Assembly (NCBI GenBank): GCA_028696805.1
Contig: JAQVGI010000001.1
Span: 1 to 49,107 of the forward strand
Source: Alphaproteobacteria bacterium
Lineage (GTDB): Bacteria; Pseudomonadota; Alphaproteobacteria; CAAHEQ01; UBA3637
Reading direction: 5' to 3'
Length of the DNA stretch: 49,107 nucleotides
Shown: positions 8,631 through 17,397 of the stretch, piece by piece
Layout of the letters: every line of letters begins with the position of its first letter
Numbering within the stretch: position 1 is the stretch's first letter
Program-made: the position numbers and the translations under genes
Notes under the pieces: model-generated
What the model was told of the DNA's origin: nothing
Seen by the model: only the letters and a program-made list of their open reading frames with translations
The model's database searches: none

Positions 8631-9377
8631 TCACCAAAGGCCGGCGGCCTGGCAGGCGGGCTTGATAATCGGGTGGTCGTTGTGCTGGATTTCCTCGATA
8701 CGGCGCGTCCGCAGGCATTCCGCCCTGTCCACCGGATGCTGCCTGTCCCAGGCCTGCATCAGGTTGCGCTGGGACGCGCTCATCCGATAGGCGGGATAGG
8801 CGGCCTCCATATACAAATACGCGCGGGCGATTTTGCCGCGGGACGGGGGAGGGGGCTCCGCTTTGTTGTCCTCGATTTTGAACGAACACGCGCCGAATGC
8901 GGACGGCACATCCGCGCCCAGCAAGGCGAAATTATAATTCGACCGCGCCGCGTTGACGGATCCGACGGCCGGATATAAATTATACATATCCGATTGCATG
9001 TATTGATAGGCGGTGCTTGTCTTTTCCGCGCATTTCCGGCCTTTGTAAGGCTTCCCTTTGTCCGCGCATTCGGGGGAGCCCTCGCGCCACTCCGGAAAAG
9101 AGCGCCCGAAGTTTTCTGCCGGAACGACATGCTCCCACTCGATGCGCTGGGCGCGATCGGGGTAAAGCGAGCCGTCGAATCCGGCCGGCGGGATGACATT
9201 CTTTTGGTTGTCAAACGCCGCCTGGCAGTAAAGCGTCGTCCGGTTGTCGCGATACACATCGCGCTCGAGCCATTGCTTCGCCGCCTGATACGAATTGTTG
9301 AACGTGTTGCCGCCCGCCAGAAGCCCAGCAGGGAATAAAAGTATAAAAATAATTATATTCAATATGTTATATTTCAT
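8631..9377 (-). CDS. endA: Endonuclease I family (EndA/Vvn-like) periplasmic or extracellular nuclease
   Basis: 248 aa with signal peptide. Motifs TLYC, IEWEHVVPAENFG, DMYNLYPAVGSVNAARSNY and multiple conserved Cys are typical of endonuclease I. Confidence 0.85.
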   Translation of the reverse strand: MKYNILNIIIFILLFPAGLLAGGNTFNNSYQAAKQWLERDVYRDNRTTLYCQAAFDNQKNVIPPAGFDGSLYPDRAQRIEWEHVVPAENFGRSFPEWREGSPECADKGKPYKGRKCAEKTSTAYQYMQSDMYNLYPAVGSVNAARSNYNFALLGADVPSAFGACSFKIEDNKAEPPPPSRGKIARAYLYMEAAYPAYRMSASQRNLMQAWDRQHPVDRAECLRTRRIEEIQHNDHPIIKPACQAAGLW

Positions 9378-9388
9378 TCATCAATCTT

Positions 9389-9472
9389 TTATTTATCATC
9401 AAACAGCCCCGGGGACAGCAGGCCGTCTGTCAAAACGGAATTCGGTCTGGGCGCGTAATGATAGAGTTTCAT
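9389..9472 (-). pseudogene. 27-codon ORF with strong SD; possible 5' remnant of a lost gene or a small upstream ORF
   Basis: Minus strand reads GGAGG-cagg-ATG, then MKLYHYAPRPNSVLTDGLLSPGLFDDK*. The stop lies 11 nt before the endA start. Confidence 0.3.
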
Positions 9473-9510
9473 CCTGCCTCCGGCTGCATATGATATGACC
9501 AGCTTTGAAT

Positions 9511-9575
9511 TGGTGGATGGAGTGAGGTTGCTCGGGCAAACATACTGGCGGATGGGGTGAGATTGCTCGGGCAAA
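9511..9575. repeat. Two tandem 30-nt repeats, each carrying a copy of the tRNA-Ser 3' end
   Basis: 9511-9540 tggtggatggagtgaggttgctcgggcaaa and 9546-9575 tggcggatggggtgagattgctcgggcaaa. The first 19 nt of the second copy are identical to tRNA-Ser 9717-9735. A further 12-nt tRNA fragment cgaactcacgat sits at 9643-9654, inside the 14-bp palindrome ctcacgatcgtgag. Confidence 0.85.
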
Positions 9576-9716
9576 GCCCTCGTCCTCGGCAAATGCCTTC
9601 GGACCGCCCAAGCGGGCGTCCGCTCCACTTGCGTTTCGCGAGCGAACTCACGATCGTGAGCTCTCATCTACACCCCATTCTCAAACAAAATCGTTCATAC
9701 CTCAAGTCAAGTATAG

Positions 9717-9806
9717 TGGCGGATGGGGTGAGATTCGAACTCACGATAGGCTTGCGCCTATGCCGGTTTTCAAGACCGGAGCCTTAAACCGCTCGGCCAC
9801 CCATCC
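9717..9806 (-). tRNA. tRNA-Ser (anticodon TGA), type II with long variable arm
   Basis: Reverse complement GGATGGGTGGCCGAGCGGTTTAAGGCTCCGGTCTTGAAAACCGGCATAGGCGCAAGCCTATCGTGAGTTCGAATCTCACCCCATCCGCCA. Anticodon loop CTTGAAA, variable arm ATAGGC-GCAA-GCCTAT. Confidence 0.93.
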
Positions 9807-10097
9807 ATATTTTTTCCGGTCATCGGGGGTTTTACTCCCCGGAAAACCGGCTGGTATTTTGCTGCCGCAAAATGCCGATTTTGTTCTCCGCTTCGCTCCG
9901 TTCCGCTGCGCGTCCAAGACACGGAGCCTTAAACCGCTCGGCCACCCATCCGTATTCTTTCCGGTCGTCGGGGGCTTTTCTTCCCCTGAAAACCGGCTGG
10001 TATTTTGCTGCCGCAAAATGCCGATTTTGTTCTCCGCTTCGCTCCGTTCCGCTGCGCGTCCAAGATACGGAGCCTTAAACCGCTCGGCCACCCATCC
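9807..10097. repeat. Tandem repeat of about 146 bp (2 full units plus a degenerate third), each unit ending in an exact 30-nt copy of the tRNA-Ser 5' end
   Basis: Units are 9807-9951 and 9952-10097. The 30-mer cggagccttaaaccgctcggccacccatcc occurs at 9777-9806 (true tRNA), 9922-9951 and 10068-10097. About 100 nt of each unit are near-identical. A weak third unit starts at 10098 (gtattctt...gaaaaccg). Confidence 0.9.
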
Positions 10098-10247
10098 GTA
10101 TTCTTCCCGATCGCCGAAGCGCAATCCGCCCCAGAAAACCGCGGGCTTGGGCGGATAAGCCACCACCGCCCGAAACCAGAAAGATTATTGCCGAAAAAAG
10201 TGAAAAAATCAAGTGATTTTTGCAAAAAAGTATGCTAGACATAGTGT

Positions 10248-11441
10248 ATGTTCAAAAAACCGATCATTTTGCTGGGGCTTTGCCTGACCCTTGCCGCGTG
10301 CGGGCTGCGGGCGCAAGAGGCCGACTTTGACGCATGGAAGCAATCCTTCCGCGTCGAGGCGGAATCGGCCGGCGTCACTCCCTCCTTTCTGGACGGCATT
10401 CTGCCGCGCATGATGCTGCTGCCGGCCGTTGTTCAATCGGACAGGAAGCAGCCGGAATTCGTTTCGACATTCGGGGATTACATCGCGCGCACGATTTCCC
10501 CAAAGCGGATTGGCCAGGGGCGCGACATGCTGGCCAAGCACCGGCCCGTCCTCGCCCAAATCGCGGCGCAATACAATGTCCAACCGCACTACATCATCGC
10601 CTTTTGGGGATTGGAGACGAACTACGGCGCGCATCAGGGCGGCATCGACACATTGAACGCGCTGACAACGCTGGCCTATGACAAGCGGCGGCGGACATTT
10701 TTCACGCGGGAACTCATCGCGTTCCTGAAAATCATCGAGCAGGAGAAGCTGTCGGTTTATCAAGGCTCGTGGGCGGGCGCGTTCGGCAATTTCCAGTTCA
10801 TGCCGACGACGTTCCAGGCCTATGCCGTCGATTTCGACGGCGACGGCCGGCGCGATGTGGTGAACAGCCTGCCGGATGCTTTCGCATCGGCGGCGAATTA
10901 CCTGTCGCGCATGGGATGGCGGGGCGATATGCGCTGGGGGCGGGAGGTGCGCCTGACCAAGCCGCTGGATTGGAACGATGTGCACGCGCCGGCGCCCAAA
11001 CCCTTGTCTTACTGGCAGGCGCACGGCGTCCTGCCGCTGGACCGGAACGCGTTTCCGAAAGACGCGCTGGCCGTTCCGGCGCGGCTGATACTGCCCGTCG
11101 GCGTGGAAGGGCCGGCTTACCTGGCCTACAAGAACTTCGACATCATCATGCGGTGGAACAAGTCGGAATTGTATGCGCTGGCCGTCGGGCTTCTGGCCGA
11201 CCAGATCGCGTATCCGCAAACGCCCTGGGCGCAGCCGGCCGCCGGCGAGCAAATCTCGACCGATATGGTCAAGAAGGCGCAGCTGCACCTGACGCGGCTG
11301 GGGTATTACGACGCCCAAATCGACGGGCAGTTCGGGCGCAGGACCAAGAAAGCGGTGCGCGCGTATCAGGCGCGGGCCGGCCTGCCGCAGGACGGATACC
11401 TGACCCGATCTCTGCTGAACCGGATACAGGAGGAACCATGA
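10248..11441 (+). CDS. Lytic murein transglycosylase (MltB/SLT_2-like) with C-terminal peptidoglycan-binding domain
   Basis: 397 aa. Lipoprotein signal LCLTLAAC. Motifs WGLETNYG and GAFGNFQFMPTTF. C-terminal PG_binding_1-like LTRLGYYDAQIDGQFGRRTKKAVRAYQ. Confidence 0.88.
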   Translation: MFKKPIILLGLCLTLAACGLRAQEADFDAWKQSFRVEAESAGVTPSFLDGILPRMMLLPAVVQSDRKQPEFVSTFGDYIARTISPKRIGQGRDMLAKHRPVLAQIAAQYNVQPHYIIAFWGLETNYGAHQGGIDTLNALTTLAYDKRRRTFFTRELIAFLKIIEQEKLSVYQGSWAGAFGNFQFMPTTFQAYAVDFDGDGRRDVVNSLPDAFASAANYLSRMGWRGDMRWGREVRLTKPLDWNDVHAPAPKPLSYWQAHGVLPLDRNAFPKDALAVPARLILPVGVEGPAYLAYKNFDIIMRWNKSELYALAVGLLADQIAYPQTPWAQPAAGEQISTDMVKKAQLHLTRLGYYDAQIDGQFGRRTKKAVRAYQARAGLPQDGYLTRSLLNRIQEEP

Positions 11442-12250
11442 AAAGATTTTTGCTGGCCGCCGTCGCGTGCGGGCTGTGCGCCGGGTGCGCGTTGCTGCGG
11501 GAGGATGACGGCTTCTACCTGGTCGGGTCGCCGTATCGGATCAACGGCGTGACCTATACGCCGCAGAAATACGACACCTACAAGGAAAAAGGGCTGGGCG
11601 CCGTCTACATCCCGCCGGAAATCAGCGCGAACGGCGAGCAGCGCCGGGACACCGAGCTGACCGCCGCGCATAAGACGCTGCCGCTGCCCAGCCGCGTCCG
11701 CATCACGAACCTGGACAACGGCAACACGGCCATCGTCCACGTCAACGACCGCGGCCCGTTCGTCAACAGCCGCCTGATAGACGTGTCCCCGAAAACGGCG
11801 GAGGCTTTGGAAATGCCGCTGACCGGAACGGCGTATGTGCAGGTGGAGCTGCTGCCGCAGGGCAGCGGCCTGATGCAGCAGCCGTATATTCAGGGCGGCT
11901 ACATTCTGGCCGAGCCGCTGACGGATGTGCCGCAGGACACTCAGCCGAAGAACGCGCGCGAGCTGTATCGGTCGGACGCCAGCGGATCGGATGTCGTCTA
12001 CAACGCCGGCGAGGAAGTCGCTGCCGCCGATGCCAACACCTACCGCATTCAGGTCGGGGTATTCAAAAATCCGGAAAACGCGGCGCACGCGGAGCAGGAT
12101 TTGTCTGGCGTTGCGCCGATGTATGTCACCCGGGCGAACGGCCTGAACCGCGTCCAATCCGGAACGATCGTCAACCAAAGCGAGGCGCAGCGCATCCTGA
12201 AGGACATCCGGGGGATGGGCTATGCGGACGCTTATATCATCAATCAATAA
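11438..12250 (+). CDS. rlpA: Septal ring lytic transglycosylase RlpA family lipoprotein (DPBB plus SPOR)
   Basis: 270 aa from ATG 11438 (ATGA overlap; SD GGAGGA). Lipobox LCAGC. DPBB motif AAHKTLPLPSRVRITNLDNGNTAIVHVNDRGPF. C-terminal SPOR-like YRIQVGVFKNPENA. Confidence 0.88.
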   Translation: MKRFLLAAVACGLCAGCALLREDDGFYLVGSPYRINGVTYTPQKYDTYKEKGLGAVYIPPEISANGEQRRDTELTAAHKTLPLPSRVRITNLDNGNTAIVHVNDRGPFVNSRLIDVSPKTAEALEMPLTGTAYVQVELLPQGSGLMQQPYIQGGYILAEPLTDVPQDTQPKNARELYRSDASGSDVVYNAGEEVAAADANTYRIQVGVFKNPENAAHAEQDLSGVAPMYVTRANGLNRVQSGTIVNQSEAQRILKDIRGMGYADAYIINQ

Positions 12251-12262
12251 AGGAGCCGAAGA

Positions 12263-13396
12263 ATGAAAAAAACAACCGCACTGCTGCTCGCATGCCTGAT
12301 CGCCGCGTTGCCGGCGCGCGCTTTCGACACGGCGGCCAGGCACGCGCTGCTGATGGACGCGGACACGGGATACGTGATGCTGGACAAGAAATCCGACGTG
12401 CCGATGCCCCCCGCGTCGATGAGCAAGCTGATGACGGCCTATGTGGTTTTCGACATGATCAAAAGCGGCAAATTGTCGCCGGAGACCGAGTGCGCCGTTT
12501 CGGAAAACGCCTGGCGCAAGGGCGGGACGAAAAGCGGCGGGTCGACGATGTTCCTGAACCCGAACCAGCGGGTCAAGGTCATCGACCTGCTGCGCGGCAT
12601 GATCATCCAGTCCGGCAACGACGCGTGCATCGTCCTGGCCGAGAACATCGCCGGCAGCGAGGAAATCTTCTCCGACCTGATGAACAAAAAGGCCAGGGAA
12701 ATCGGGTTGAAGGATTCGGTGTTCAAGAACGCGACGGGCCTGCCCGAAAGGGGGCATGTGATGAGCGCGCGCGACCTGGCCGTCCTGGCGCGGGCCATCA
12801 TCAGGGATTTCCCGGAGCATTATCCGATGTATTCGGAAAAGGATTTCGAATTCAACAAGATCAGGCAGGGCAACCGCAATCCGCTGCTTTATGACTTGTC
12901 GGGCGCGGACGGGCTGAAGACGGGGCACACCGAAGCGTCGGGATACGGCCTGACCGCTTCCGTGAAGGGCGTCGACGGGCGGCGCCTGATTCTGGTCGTC
13001 AACGGGCTGAAATCCATGAAGGACAGGGCTGCGGAATCCCGGCGGCTGGTCAATTGGGGCATGACGCACTTCGCGAACGAAGCCGTCGTGTCCGCGCAGC
13101 AAAAGCTGGACGATATTCCGGTGTGGATGGGGCGGGCGGACAAGGTCGCCGCCGTCGCCGGGAAAACGCTGCCGGTCACGCGGGCGCGCGGCGAAACGAT
13201 AGCGCCGGAGATTAAAATCGCCTATGATTCCCCCGTTGCGGCGCCGGTTGAAAAGGGGCAGAAGCTGGGGACGATTACGATATCGGTTCCGGGGCGCGAG
13301 GCCTTGACGGCCGATCTGGTCGCCGGGGAATCCGTGGAAAAGGTCGGCTTCTTTGGAAAAATAAAGGCGCTGTGTTTGTTGCTGGCGGGGAGATAA
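12263..13396 (+). CDS. D-alanyl-D-alanine carboxypeptidase (PBP5/6-type serine peptidase S11)
   Basis: 377 aa with signal peptide. Motifs SMSKLMT (SxxK), QSGND (SxN) and LKTGHT (KTG). Confidence 0.9.
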   Translation: MKKTTALLLACLIAALPARAFDTAARHALLMDADTGYVMLDKKSDVPMPPASMSKLMTAYVVFDMIKSGKLSPETECAVSENAWRKGGTKSGGSTMFLNPNQRVKVIDLLRGMIIQSGNDACIVLAENIAGSEEIFSDLMNKKAREIGLKDSVFKNATGLPERGHVMSARDLAVLARAIIRDFPEHYPMYSEKDFEFNKIRQGNRNPLLYDLSGADGLKTGHTEASGYGLTASVKGVDGRRLILVVNGLKSMKDRAAESRRLVNWGMTHFANEAVVSAQQKLDDIPVWMGRADKVAAVAGKTLPVTRARGETIAPEIKIAYDSPVAAPVEKGQKLGTITISVPGREALTADLVAGESVEKVGFFGKIKALCLLLAGR

Positions 13397-13397
13397 A

Positions 13398-14039
13398 ATG
13401 AACAAAGGACTCTTCATCACATTCGAAGGCGGCGAAGGCGCCGGCAAATCGACGCAGATCAAACTGCTGGCTGACAAGCTGGAAGCGCAGGGGCGGCATG
13501 TCGTCCTGACGCACGAGCCCGGCGGCACGCCCGGCGCGTATCTGATTCGTGAAAATCTGGTGAAAGGGGAGGGCGCCCAGTGGGACAAGGAGACGGAAAC
13601 CCTGCTGTTTTTCGCGGCGCGGCGCGACCACATCGTCAAAAAAATCAGGCCGGCTTTGGAACAGGGCGCCGTCGTCCTGTGCGACCGCTTCGCGGACAGC
13701 ACAATGGCCTACCAGGGATACGGGCGCGGCCGGAACGATGCGCTCATAGATATGATACGGCACCTGTATCGGCTGGTCGCCGGGGATTTGCAGCCGCACA
13801 CGACTTTCATCCTGGACATCGATCCGGCGCTCGGGCTGCGGCGCAGCTGCGCCCGTAAAGGCAACAATGAAACGCGGTTCGAGAACATGGACATCGCTTT
13901 CCATCAAAACCTGCGCGCGGGATTTTTGGAAATCGCCCGAAACGATCCCGGCCGGTGCGTCGTCATAGATGCGAACAGATCCGTTGCGGAAATCCATCAA
14001 GATATCTGGGACAAAATGCAGGAGCGCCGGATATGCTGA
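13398..14039 (+). CDS. tmk: dTMP (thymidylate) kinase
   Basis: 213 aa. P-loop FITFEGGEGAGKST. DRF motif (LCDRFADST). Confidence 0.93.
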   Translation: MNKGLFITFEGGEGAGKSTQIKLLADKLEAQGRHVVLTHEPGGTPGAYLIRENLVKGEGAQWDKETETLLFFAARRDHIVKKIRPALEQGAVVLCDRFADSTMAYQGYGRGRNDALIDMIRHLYRLVAGDLQPHTTFILDIDPALGLRRSCARKGNNETRFENMDIAFHQNLRAGFLEIARNDPGRCVVIDANRSVAEIHQDIWDKMQERRIC

Positions 14040-14959
14040 CCCCCCGCCAAATCGTCGAGCAGGCCGTTCAGGACGGCAAAATATCCGGCTCGTGGCTGGT
14101 TTCGGGGCCGTATGGCGTCGGCAAAAAGGAATTCGCGCAGCATGTCTGCGGGTTCCTGACCTCCGGCCGGTGGCGGCCGCTGACCGATTTCCATCCGGAT
14201 GTGATGTGGGTGGAATGCCCGCTGACCGAGGAAGCCAGGAAGGAAGTCCAGAAAGCCATCCTGGAAGGCGGCGCCGTCGGCGACATCCAGACCAAGCCCA
14301 AAAAAAAGGAAATCACCATCGACGTCGTCCGCGCCGGCATCCATTTCCTGTCGTTGAAGGGCGCGGCGATTTCCTACCGCATCGCCGTCGTGCACCTGGC
14401 GGACGAGATGAACGAGGAAGCCCAGAACGCGCTGCTCAAAATGCTGGAAGAGCCGTATCCGCGCTCCGTCCTGCTGCTGCTGTGCCAGAACACCGGCAAA
14501 ATCCTGCCGACCATCCGGTCGCGGTGCCGCCAGATCATCCTGCGCCCGATGAGCGCGCAGGCGTTCAAAGAAGCCCTCCGCCAAAAATACCCGCATGTCA
14601 AGGACATCGACTGGATCGCCGAATTGTCCGGCGGCTCCTTGGGGGCGGCGCGCGACATCATCGAAAACAACGGGCTGGAATTGTATCAGAAAGCCGTTTC
14701 GTTCTGCGTTCCCATTGGGGAGTTGCAGATAGAGGCCTTGCAGGCGTTCGCGGACGAAGCGGCGGCCGGCGACAAGGCGTGGGCGCTGGTTCAGCAGTTC
14801 GTGCTGGATTGGTGCCGCAGGCAGGCGGCGCGCGATGAAAAAGGACTGGATGTTTTCAAGTCCGTCCAGCGGCTGCTGTCCGACACCGAGCGCATTTATC
14901 TGGACAAGAAGCAGGCCCTGATGACATGCTTTTTCAAAATCGCCGAGGCGCTGGAATGA
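14033..14959 (+). CDS. holB: DNA polymerase III subunit delta-prime
   Basis: 308 aa from ATG 14033 (overlaps the tmk end). GPYGVGKKEFA, ALLKMLEEP, ILPTIRSRCRQI (SRC motif). Confidence 0.88.
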   Translation: MLTPRQIVEQAVQDGKISGSWLVSGPYGVGKKEFAQHVCGFLTSGRWRPLTDFHPDVMWVECPLTEEARKEVQKAILEGGAVGDIQTKPKKKEITIDVVRAGIHFLSLKGAAISYRIAVVHLADEMNEEAQNALLKMLEEPYPRSVLLLLCQNTGKILPTIRSRCRQIILRPMSAQAFKEALRQKYPHVKDIDWIAELSGGSLGAARDIIENNGLELYQKAVSFCVPIGELQIEALQAFADEAAAGDKAWALVQQFVLDWCRRQAARDEKGLDVFKSVQRLLSDTERIYLDKKQALMTCFFKIAEALE

Positions 14960-15729
14960 TTGTCGATTCACATTGCCATTTGGAACCGGGCCCGGACACC
15001 GACGCCGTCATCGCCCGCGCCCAAGACGCCGGCGTCGGGTTGATTCTCTCCGTTGCCTGCGCCGAGGCGGAACTGCCCGGTTTGATTGAGCTGTTGAACC
15101 GCTACCCGATGGTCTACGGCGCGTATGGCATCCATCCCGAGCAGGCGGCGGCGATGCCGGACGCGGACGCGTTCATAGCCGGCGTCCAATCCCACCCCAA
15201 AATCGTCGGCATCGGCGAATGCGGGCTGGATTACCACTATGGCCTGGAAACGCGGGACGCGCAGATACAGGCGTTCGAGCGCCAGATTGACATCACGCAC
15301 CGGCTGAAAAAACCGCTGATCATCCACACGCGCGACGCGGAAGCCGACACGATTGCGGTTTTGCAAAATGCGCAGCGGGCAGGGCGGTTGGCGCACGGCG
15401 GCGTCCTGCATTGCTTTACGGGGAGCGTTTCCCTGGCGCGGACGGCGCTCGACATCGGGCTGCATATTTCGGCTTCGGGCATCATTACTTTCAAAAAAGC
15501 GACCGATTTGCGCGCCGTCTTCGCGCAGGTGCCTTTGGACAGGCTGCTGGTTGAAACGGACGCGCCGTATCTGGCGCCGCTGACCCATCGCGGGCAGGCG
15601 AACGAGCCGGCATTCGTCGCGGAAACACTCGCCTGTCTGGCCGAACTGCACCGCGTGTTCGCCGACGAGATGGCGGCCGTCACGACGCGCAATTTCAAAA
15701 AGCTTTTTCAACTGCAGGAGGATGCATGA
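14956..15729 (+). CDS. tatD: TatD-family metal-dependent hydrolase
   Basis: 257 aa; ATGA overlap with holB. MIVDSHCHL, GECGLDYHY, LIIHTRDA, LLVETDAPYLAP. Confidence 0.92.
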   Translation: MIVDSHCHLEPGPDTDAVIARAQDAGVGLILSVACAEAELPGLIELLNRYPMVYGAYGIHPEQAAAMPDADAFIAGVQSHPKIVGIGECGLDYHYGLETRDAQIQAFERQIDITHRLKKPLIIHTRDAEADTIAVLQNAQRAGRLAHGGVLHCFTGSVSLARTALDIGLHISASGIITFKKATDLRAVFAQVPLDRLLVETDAPYLAPLTHRGQANEPAFVAETLACLAELHRVFADEMAAVTTRNFKKLFQLQEDA

Positions 15730-16481
15730 AAATCACCATCTTGGGGTGCGGATCATCGTTCGGCGTACCGTCTTTGGCGCGCGGCTGGGGGGAGTGCGAC
15801 CCGGAAAATCCCAAAAACCAGCGCACGCGCGCATCCATTTTGCTGCACCGGGACGATACGACGATTCTGATCGACACCTCTCCCGAATTGCGGATGCAGC
15901 TGCTGCGCGCCGGCAATCCGAATATAGACGCGCTGATTTACACGCACGCGCATTTCGACCACATGGCGGGATCGAACGACCTGCTGGATTGCATGATCGC
16001 CCAAGAGCGCGTTTTGCCCGTTTATTTGTCCGCCGAAACCAACCGGCATTTCAAGGACGGCCTGAATTACCTGTTCCAGCGGACAAGCGGCACGCCGGAG
16101 TTCGAAAGCCGCATCGTCATTCCGTATAAAGCATTTTCTATCAATCAAATCAGTATATTGCCGATTTTGCAATACCACGGCAACACTCAATCGCTGGGGT
16201 TCCGCATCGGCGATTTTGCCTATTCCACGGATGTCGGCGATATGGACGACACGGGGTTCGGGGCTCTGGCCGGGATCAAAACCTGGATACTGGGCGTCCC
16301 GACCAACCGACCGGTCTCCAAACATCTCAATATAGACAAGGCGTTAACATGGATAGAGCGGGTAAAGCCCGAACGCGCCTATTTCACGCACATGGGGTCG
16401 CATATGGATTATGACGCGTTGTGCCGCACATTGCCGCCGCATGTCCGGCCGGTCTTCGACGGAATGGACATCGACTCCTGA
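15726..16481 (+). CDS. MBL-fold metallo-hydrolase (PhnP/GPMBL-like)
   Basis: 251 aa; ATGA overlap with tatD. ITILGCGSSFGVP and the HxHxDH motif YTHAHFDHMAG. Confidence 0.85.
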   Translation: MKITILGCGSSFGVPSLARGWGECDPENPKNQRTRASILLHRDDTTILIDTSPELRMQLLRAGNPNIDALIYTHAHFDHMAGSNDLLDCMIAQERVLPVYLSAETNRHFKDGLNYLFQRTSGTPEFESRIVIPYKAFSINQISILPILQYHGNTQSLGFRIGDFAYSTDVGDMDDTGFGALAGIKTWILGVPTNRPVSKHLNIDKALTWIERVKPERAYFTHMGSHMDYDALCRTLPPHVRPVFDGMDIDS

Positions 16482-17124
16482 AACAGGTGTGTTCGGTTTC
16501 GGTTGCACCGACGGGCAGGGTCAAGCCTCAACGCAATCCCGCCCGATAAAACAATCGAAAATCTTCTTTCCGGCTATCGGGCGCGCATTGGCTCGCAAAT
16601 CGGCATTGAAAATCACATCATCAATAATAAATCCTTTTGATTCAATAAAATAAGCCCGCTTATATCCGATTCACTTATAACTATACATAATATAAATTAT
16701 GCGACAATTATAGCAAAGGAAAAACACATATTCCCTTTTCTTTTCATATTGTTATCTCGTTTTGGGGATAAGTATGTGGACAGCATTCCGCGACTGCCCA
16801 AAAAAGACGCCTCAAACGCTTTTATTTCGATTTCGGCATTCAGGAATCCGTTCTGTCCCGACCGCCCGGATTATTTTGCCGCGGCACCATTTCCCGATGC
16901 GCCACTTTTTCGACGGAGGGAGATGCGGCCCGTGTCAATGTCCTATGAACGGGATCCAGCGTCAACGGATAATTAACCCTGCCCCAGAATATCTCTCTGG
17001 GGTTTTCAACCCCTCATTGAGATCCAAATTTGTCCAACTCTTATCGAAAATGCCAATCATCATACCCTCTTTCACATATACGGCGAAGTATAATAGGAAA
17101 CTCAAAAATTGTCAACTTTTTTAT

Positions 17125-17152
17125 TTGACAAATCGGAATATCGTGATATAAT
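17125..17152 (+). promoter_or_regulatory. Consensus sigma70 promoter in an AT-rich intergenic patch
   Basis: Perfect TTGACA (17125-17130), 16-nt spacer, perfect TATAAT (17147-17152), 28 nt upstream of ATG 17181. Confidence 0.5.
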
Positions 17153-17180
17153 CGCTTTCATATCCATCAAGGAGGATATT

Positions 17181-17351
17181 ATGACACATGAAACAGACAA
17201 AACATCCCAGGCGCCCGTCGGCATTTGGGTGCCGTTTGAAGAAGCGGTAAAGCGGTATCTGCAAACGGGGAAGCCTATAACGCTTAAATGCCCCCTGCCC
17301 GAGGAGCGCCGCAACATCCACCGCGCCCCGCCGCAACGCGTGCGGGAATAG
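17181..17351 (+). CDS. Small hypothetical protein (56 aa)
   Basis: ATG 17181 preceded by strong SD AAGGAGGA (17169-17176). A consensus promoter lies upstream and a hairpin terminator downstream. Sequence MTHETDKTSQAPVGIWVPFEEAVKRYLQTGKPITLKCPLPEERRNIHRAPPQRVRE matches no family I recognise. Confidence 0.45.
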   Translation: MTHETDKTSQAPVGIWVPFEEAVKRYLQTGKPITLKCPLPEERRNIHRAPPQRVRE

Positions 17352-17364
17352 GAAATTCGCGGGT

Positions 17365-17397
17365 AAAAAAAACGCCTCAGATACGAGGCGTTTTTAT
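17365..17397. terminator. Bidirectional rho-independent terminator
   Basis: Hairpin aacgcctc-agatac-gaggcgtt, flanked by an A-run (17365-17372) and a T-run (17391-17395). It lies between the convergent ORFs ending at 17351 (+) and 17411 (-). Confidence 0.75.

Noticed and set aside
9807-10097. Could the tandem repeats beside tRNA-Ser be a CRISPR array?
   Set aside because: Units are about 146 bp and almost entirely repeated. There is no alternation of short (about 28-37 nt) repeats with unique spacers, and no cas genes are in the window. The conserved element is a tRNA fragment.
9741-10238. ORFs of 68-141 aa on both strands across the tRNA-Ser repeat region (for example 9741..10166, 9760..10158, 9929..10225).
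   Set aside because: They run through a tRNA gene and tandem repeats, so the repeated peptide segments simply mirror the DNA repeat. No SD or start context is present, and the composition is not protein-like.
11366-13702. Very long antisense ORFs: 778 aa opposite rlpA, the DD-carboxypeptidase gene and tmk. Similar cases are 29298..31409 opposite addA, 4978..6222 opposite tolC, 10209..11318 opposite the mltB-like gene and 25510..26430 opposite addB.
   Set aside because: Where checked, each lies in the antisense frame that is codon-aligned with the sense gene. There, stops correspond to sense TTA, CTA and TCA codons, which are rare in a high-GC genome. The translations are Arg/Gly/Pro/Ala-rich low-complexity sequences with no motifs, while the sense-strand products have clear family signatures.
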